Below are positions 58,822 through 64,000 of a stretch of DNA of 64,000 bases, piece by piece (within the stretch, counting starts at the first letter, position 1; each line of letters starts with the position of its first letter). A program made the translations under genes and the position numbers. The notes beneath the pieces were generated by a model that was not told the DNA's origin, did no database searches, and saw only the letters and a program-made list of their open reading frames with translations. This DNA is from an uncultured virus (IMG/VR IMGVR_UViG_3300005680_000091) (Duplodnaviria; Heunggongvirae; Uroviricota; Caudoviricetes), in IMG/VR virus record IMGVR_UViG_3300005680_000091; one strand, given 5' to 3'.

Positions 58822-58833
58822 CTACGAAGTAGC

Positions 58834-61390
58834 TCAGGCGGTTGCGTCCTCCAGCGCCGGCGCCGCCTCGATAACCGCGCGCACGCTCTTCTCGTTGCGG
58901 CCGGACATGAACTTCTTCCAGGCGGCCTTCGCGGCGGCCGGCAGGCTGCCCCGGTTGGCCGCCAGGACGGCGTGCGGGATGTCCAACACCTTGCGCCCGC
59001 TGCGCAGGTCGGTGATCCGGTAGAGGCCGATCGTGTCGTGCGCCTCGTGGACGCCGAACCAGAACTGCGTGTTGTCGACGGTGACGCGGAAACGGTGGCC
59101 GACCACGTCGCGGGTTTCGTTGGTGCCGTCGCGGGTCGGGGTGTAGATGCGGAATGCGGAGGTCATTTCAGATGCTCCTTCCAGTCCCAGACCGCCTGCC
59201 GTGCCCCTTCATCGAACGGGTGGTAGCTGGCCTCGGGGTTGATGTAATCCAGGAGTTCATCGGGCGTGAAGTTGGTAGCCAGCAGCTCTCCGGCGGCCCA
59301 CCTATATCCGGATTCGTACTGCCACTGGCGACGTTGCGAACGGTGTTTGTGCCACCAGGCTTTGATGGTTTTGATCATCGTGTCATTTCCTTCTGGTTGC
59401 GCCGGGCCGCCTCTTCCATGGCCTGGTCGAAGTAGTTGATCCGGCCGCGGGCGCCGACCCGGCCGATGTGCTTGGCGCGTCCGGTGTGGGCGTGGCACAC
59501 GTACCAGGCCTTGCCGATGGAATTGACACCCCACGGGCCGGCCGGCCAGCCCTTGGGGAAGAAGTGGGGTTGGCAGACGGCCATGCTTAGCGCTCCTGTC
59601 CTGTGGCGCGGGCGTAGGCGGCGCGCGCTCTCGCCCGCCAGTCGTCATCCAGCGCGACGCGCGCCGCGTCGTAACCCCACTGGTTCGGGTTTTCCTGGCC
59701 GATGATTTCGCGCAAGACGGACACAAGCCCGGTCCGCACCGCGAACCGCTGTTCTGCGCAGACCAACGCGCGGTGCATGCGAGTGACCGTACCTTCAGGT
59801 AGGCCAGTGTTTCGCAGGAAAGCCAGCACGTCTTCGTGATCCTCACTCGCGCCTTCTCCCTCGAGGAGGCCCTTGATCTGCTCATTGACGAGCCACAGCG
59901 GGTGGTCGTCATCCAGTTCGTCGGTGATCTTGTGGCTCATGCTGCGCTCCTGTGGGCCGCCCGGAGTGCTTCAGTCCAGGTGCAGCCGGTCTGTCGTTGA
60001 AAAGCCTTTGCGCTGCGGATCTCGTCTTGCGCGCGATCCTGCTCGGCCTGTCGGAGGTAGCGCTCACGCGCCGATTCAATCTGTCGGCGCTGCGCGGTGG
60101 TGATGCTCTTCATGCTGCACTCCTCTTCAGGTGGTTCAACTCTTCGAACTGGGCCACGTAGGTCCGGGTGAGTTCCGGCGACGAGAACACCAGCTCCCCG
60201 GTCTCTTCGTCCTTGGCCGAGTACCAGAGCGGCGACTGCATCGCGATCAGCACCTGGTGGCGCATCCACTCGGCGTCCGGGAAGGCGCGCTGTGCCGGCG
60301 CTCGGGCCGCGGTGCGCAGGCGGCGCATCACGTTCTGCACCTTCGCGCGCCAGTTCGGATCCGCGGCGAGCACTTCACCCATCGGCCGGCGGGCGGCTTC
60401 GTCCTCGGCGGCGATCCGCAGTGCGAGGTCGGTGGCTGTGTAGGTGCGCGTCGAGTATTTCGGCACGCTGTCCGGCGTCTCGGACACGGTGGCCAGGCCT
60501 TGAGCGCGCAGGCTCTCCAGGATGCGGACCCGGTAGTCGTCCATGCTCCAGTAGGGGCGCGTGGTGATCGGGCCGCCGACCAGCCGGCGCAGCGCCTGGA
60601 TCTGGTCAAACTCCTCATCGGCGTGGCCGCTGGCGTAGCGCGGGTGAGGCAGCATGCGGGTGCGGGTCGTCATCGTGTGGTCTCCAGTTGCGTGTCGATC
60701 TTGCGGATCACCTCGAGGTAACGGGGTTGGCCCGCGCCACGCTTGAGGTGTTCGATGTCGCGCCGCGCATCGGATGTGAACATTTCACGGTTGGCGTGGG
60801 CGTAGCGCCAGTGGATCCGGTCTCGGTGGGCCAACCCGGCGCCGCCGATTGGCTGACCTCGGTAGGTCAGCCTGTAACCGCATGCGGCGGCGGTGAAGGA
60901 GAGTTGGCTCGGGTCGAAGGCGGGCATGGTTCAATCCTCCGGCCAGGGCGGCACGTCGTCGTAAGGGGTGTGGAGTTGCATCTCGTTCTCCTCAGAGGAT
61001 GGTGTAGCGCTCTGCGAAGCGACGTTGCGCCTCGTCCGCTTGGTAGCGGGTGACGCACAGCTGCGGTTCGGGCGGCTTTTCCCAGACCGCGGTCTGCTGC
61101 ACATCGACGAGGAACCAACCCTTCGCGCGACGCTCGAGGGTGACCATCGTTGCTTGGCGGCTGTACTTGTAGTACTTCGCCACGCGCCCACCTGACCAGG
61201 TGTGGAACCGGGCGCCTTTCCAGAGCTTGACCGGCAGCCCCAGTTCGCCAAGCCGCGAGGAAGCGAGGTCAGCTTCGGCCTCGATGTCGCTGTAGCAGTT
61301 GAAGGTGTGGGTCAGGGCAGCTCCGTTGGCTTTGTGCAGGGCCGCCTCAATGGCGACGGCGTTGTCTTCGTGAATTCGGATCGGCTTCAT
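58834..61390 (-). other. Early-region small hypothetical genes (58834-59166, 59375-59584, 59587-59940, 60110-60673, 60670-60927, 60992-61390 and others)
   Basis: Co-oriented with frequent ATGA overlaps. Confidence 0.55.
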
Positions 61391-61439
61391 GGTGTGGTCT
61401 CCGGTTGAAGAAGGGGAGCCCGGCTCCCCTTCAGGTCGA

Positions 61440-62339
61440 TCAGTGCGCCAGCTCGAGGGCGTGCGCTTCGTCGGCGGTGCGCTCGTCCGACTCGAACCAG
61501 CCGGCCGGGGCGACAACCTGGGCGAGGCGATCGGCCAGCGTCCAGAGCGCGCGGTTCAGTTTCACGTCCTGATCCACGCCGGTCACTGCGCGGGTGGTGG
61601 TGCGTCGGCCGTTGCTCGAGCGCCCGCGCAGCCCACCCTTGATCAGGTTCTCCTGGATCCGGTTGAACGTCGTGAAGAGGTCGTTCTTGCGGTCCTCGAA
61701 GCGGCGGGCTTCCAGCAGCGAGCTGGCCAGGATCGGCGCCTTGGCCGGGTCGTCATACTTCAGGGTAAGCGCCGCCTCGGCCAGGGCGCGCTGCTGGTGG
61801 TCGGACAGCGAGATGCTGCGGTAGGCCTGGATCCGGGTGGTGGCGGCCTCGATGTTGTCCAGCGTGCGGATGCAGCCGTCGATCACGTCGTCGACCAGGT
61901 TCTGGCGTCCGCGGTGCAGCACCTTGGTGTCGTCGCAGATGTCACCGGCGACCAGGCCGTTGTCGCAGATCATGCGGAAGAAGCCGGTCATCAGGCGGTA
62001 CGAGCTCGAGCCGTCGTGGCTGTTCAGCAGCAGGATCTCCGGCGTGATGCCTTCGACCATCGCGCTGTTGGCATGGCGTAGCCGCAGCAGGTGGCGAGTG
62101 TGCTCGCGCTTGCCTTGGTCGCGCACCCGGGTCTGGCGGGCCTCGAACGGCTCGAAGCCGGCGTCGCGCAGCCCGGCCAGCACCGAGCTGGTAGGGATGA
62201 ATCCGTAGCGGTCGCCGCGGCTCTCGTGGGCTTCCTGGGCGAACACACTCGGCGCGGCGCGCAGGATCTCGTCGTTGGTCAGGGGGCGGTCGCGGCGGAT
62301 GATGGAACCGGAAGCGGCGGCGGATGCGTAGCGGATCAT
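61440..62339 (-). CDS. DUF932/DUF945 family protein
   Basis: APSVFA..HESRGDRYGFIPT, LLNSHDGSSSY, FRMICDNG, FNRIQENL, LNRALW. Confidence 0.85.
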   Translation of the reverse strand: MIRYASAAASGSIIRRDRPLTNDEILRAAPSVFAQEAHESRGDRYGFIPTSSVLAGLRDAGFEPFEARQTRVRDQGKREHTRHLLRLRHANSAMVEGITPEILLLNSHDGSSSYRLMTGFFRMICDNGLVAGDICDDTKVLHRGRQNLVDDVIDGCIRTLDNIEAATTRIQAYRSISLSDHQQRALAEAALTLKYDDPAKAPILASSLLEARRFEDRKNDLFTTFNRIQENLIKGGLRGRSSNGRRTTTRAVTGVDQDVKLNRALWTLADRLAQVVAPAGWFESDERTADEAHALELAH

Positions 62340-62426
62340 GGTGATTCTCCTGGTTGTGAGGCGTACAGGTGCGCCTGGGGGAAACTGCACTCGGCTGCCC
62401 GGGTGGGCAGGCGGCTGGAGTCTCAG
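62340..62426 (-). repeat. Structured intergenic element, copy 1 of 2
   Basis: TGAGACTCCAGCCGCCTGCCC-ACCC-GGGCAGCCGAGTGCAG...GCGCAC-CTG-TACGC...GGAGA RBS. Confidence 0.7.
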
Positions 62427-62960
62427 CGGCGGACGATCTCGGTCACGAGGTAACCCACCACGAGGCCAATCAGGGAGACGACGAGGGCGTCGGTGCAGGT
62501 CATCGCGGCACCCTCGCGTTCGTGCGGCCGTACTGGACGGGGTAGCACTTCAAGCAGTTGAGCCCAAGTCCATGGGGGCACGGCGGCAGCTGACCCGGAC
62601 CGCCTTTCTTCGGCACCCCGAGACCCTTGTAGAACTCGTCGGCGGTCATCGGCCGGTGAGTGACCGCATCCGCGCCGCAGCTCGGGCAGTTCGGCACCGT
62701 GTTCGCGACTTGGTACCACTCGTAGTGGTGGCCGCAGTGGCAGCAGGTTCGAGACGTCATCGACATTTCAGGTCTCCTCAGTTCGGTTCGGTTCGTCGTC
62801 AGGCGACCACCAGGTGTAGAAGCCGCCGTCGGGCGACTCAGCCCACACGACCGGCTCGCCGTCGCTGTTTCGCTCGGTGCCGTAGGCGGCGATGTTGCCC
62901 TCGCGTTTCTCTTGTGCGGCCAGGGCGAGGGCTTCGTGGATCGTGGTCATGGTGGTCTCC

Positions 62961-63176
62961 TCAGTGCGTGGTTGCCGGCCGGCAAAGCCCTTGCTCGATG
63001 AGAGACGCGGCGGTCCTGCCGTACCAGCCTTGAAGCGTCCAGGCGGCGCCGGTGTCGATGAGGTGCTGGAAGGCCTCGAGGATCTCATCCTCGGTGTGCT
63101 CTTCCCCGTCGAAGCCTTCGATCATCGCGCAGCAGTCGAAGGTGGTCAGCGTGGCGCGGGTGGTGGTGGTGGCCAT
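62961..63176 (-). CDS. Small conserved phage protein (FQHLIDTG.AW.LQGWYGRTA family)
   Basis: Motif recognised from early regions of other phages; GGAG RBS. Confidence 0.6.
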   Translation of the reverse strand: MATTTTRATLTTFDCCAMIEGFDGEEHTEDEILEAFQHLIDTGAAWTLQGWYGRTAASLIEQGLCRPATTH

Positions 63177-63311
63177 GATGATCTCCAGAAGAAGGGGAGC
63201 GCTGCTCCCCTTTTGATCAGACGAAAAGCCAGGGCAGCACAACCAGCGTGCCGACCAGGGCGAAGAAGATGGCGGCGCCGATCAGCGACTCGCCGAGGGT
63301 CTCGCGGCGCT

Positions 63312-63602
63312 TCACGCTGCCGCCTTCAGCGCCACCTGACGCTCGCGCACCTTCAGGGTGGTCCGGGTGCCCTCGCGGCTGCAGGCGGTGATCTGGGCCG
63401 GCGTGAGCAGCGCCTTCACCTTCTTGGTGTCGAGCGAGCAGGTCTCGGTCGTGGTGACCTCGATCTCGGCGACGCGCCCGGCGTAGAGGCCATCGCCTTC
63501 AGCCTTGACGGCTTCTTTGATCGCGTCGAACTCGGCGGCGAGCGGGGCGATGAGGGCCTGGAGCTCCAGGGCGCGGTCAATCAGCTTCTTGGTGATCTTC
63601 AT
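63312..63602 (-). CDS. Hypothetical early protein
   Basis: GGAGA RBS; SLDTKKVKALL motif. Confidence 0.55.
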   Translation of the reverse strand: MKITKKLIDRALELQALIAPLAAEFDAIKEAVKAEGDGLYAGRVAEIEVTTTETCSLDTKKVKALLTPAQITACSREGTRTTLKVRERQVALKAAA

Positions 63603-63693
63603 GGTGGTTCTCCGTTTTTGCGCGTAGGAGTGCGCGGGGTGGGTAGAGGCTGCACTCGACTGCCCTGATCGGGGCAGGCGGCTGAAGTCTCAG
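63603..63693 (-). repeat. Structured intergenic element, copy 2 of 2
   Basis: TGAGACTTCAGCCGCCTGCCC-CGATCA-GGGCAGTCGAGTGCAG...GCGCAC-TCC-TACGC...GGAGA RBS. Confidence 0.7.
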
Positions 63694-64000
63694 GACTTGG
63701 CGACGAACTGGACGGTGCGCGGATCAACACGAGGGGTGAAGTCCCGCTCGATCAGGAAGATGTCGCCGTTGCTCCACTGCTCGGCTTTCTCGAACGCGTC
63801 GAGTTCGAGCGGTGCGCCGCGGAGGTCGCAGGGTTGCACGCCTTCGATCGGGAACACTGCGCCGTGGGTGCGGCGAGTCGGGAGCTTGATGTTGGTCATG
63901 TCGTTCTCCAGCTGGTTGGTTGGAGCAGCGACCTCGTGGGAAGTCGCTCTTCTCAACCGAGGGGAGTGCCGCTCCCCTCTGGTGCGAGTCCGTTATCGAC

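Noticed and set aside
58503..58832. Short ORFs over the array and the upstream extension of the RAMP ORF to 58578
   Set aside because: Low-complexity by-products of the repeat; the RBS supports a start at 58533

Overview
The window is a near-complete genome of a GC-rich tailed dsDNA phage. It has podovirus-like architecture: terminase, portal, scaffold, major capsid, tail/fibre genes and large ejection proteins, with no sheath or tape measure gene recognised. Layout: morphogenesis and lysis on + (0.3-35.7 kb); nucleotide metabolism and replication on - (35.7-45.9 kb); a divergent control region; Cro, helicases and primase on + (46.4-53.6 kb); small early/accessory genes on - (53.6-64 kb). The most striking element is at 57.3-58.8 kb. 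A stand-alone Cas7/RAMP-like gene and a coupled partner gene lie directly downstream of a non-coding array of two ~114-nt units. Each unit holds exactly ten 5-nt periods (mostly GGY plus a variable dinucleotide) between constant flanks and a hairpin, making it a candidate RNA-guided system that is not a CRISPR array. Other highlights: three immune-signal sponge-like genes (Tad2, Acb4 and Sequestin types); a 3596-aa polyvalent ejection protein; a family-A DNA polymerase in two ORFs; at least 16 copies of a G(G/T)GAG-N5-CTC(C/A)C palindrome clustered at the cro promoter; and signs of a lost integration module. All family calls come from motif recognition by eye; no database searches were run.
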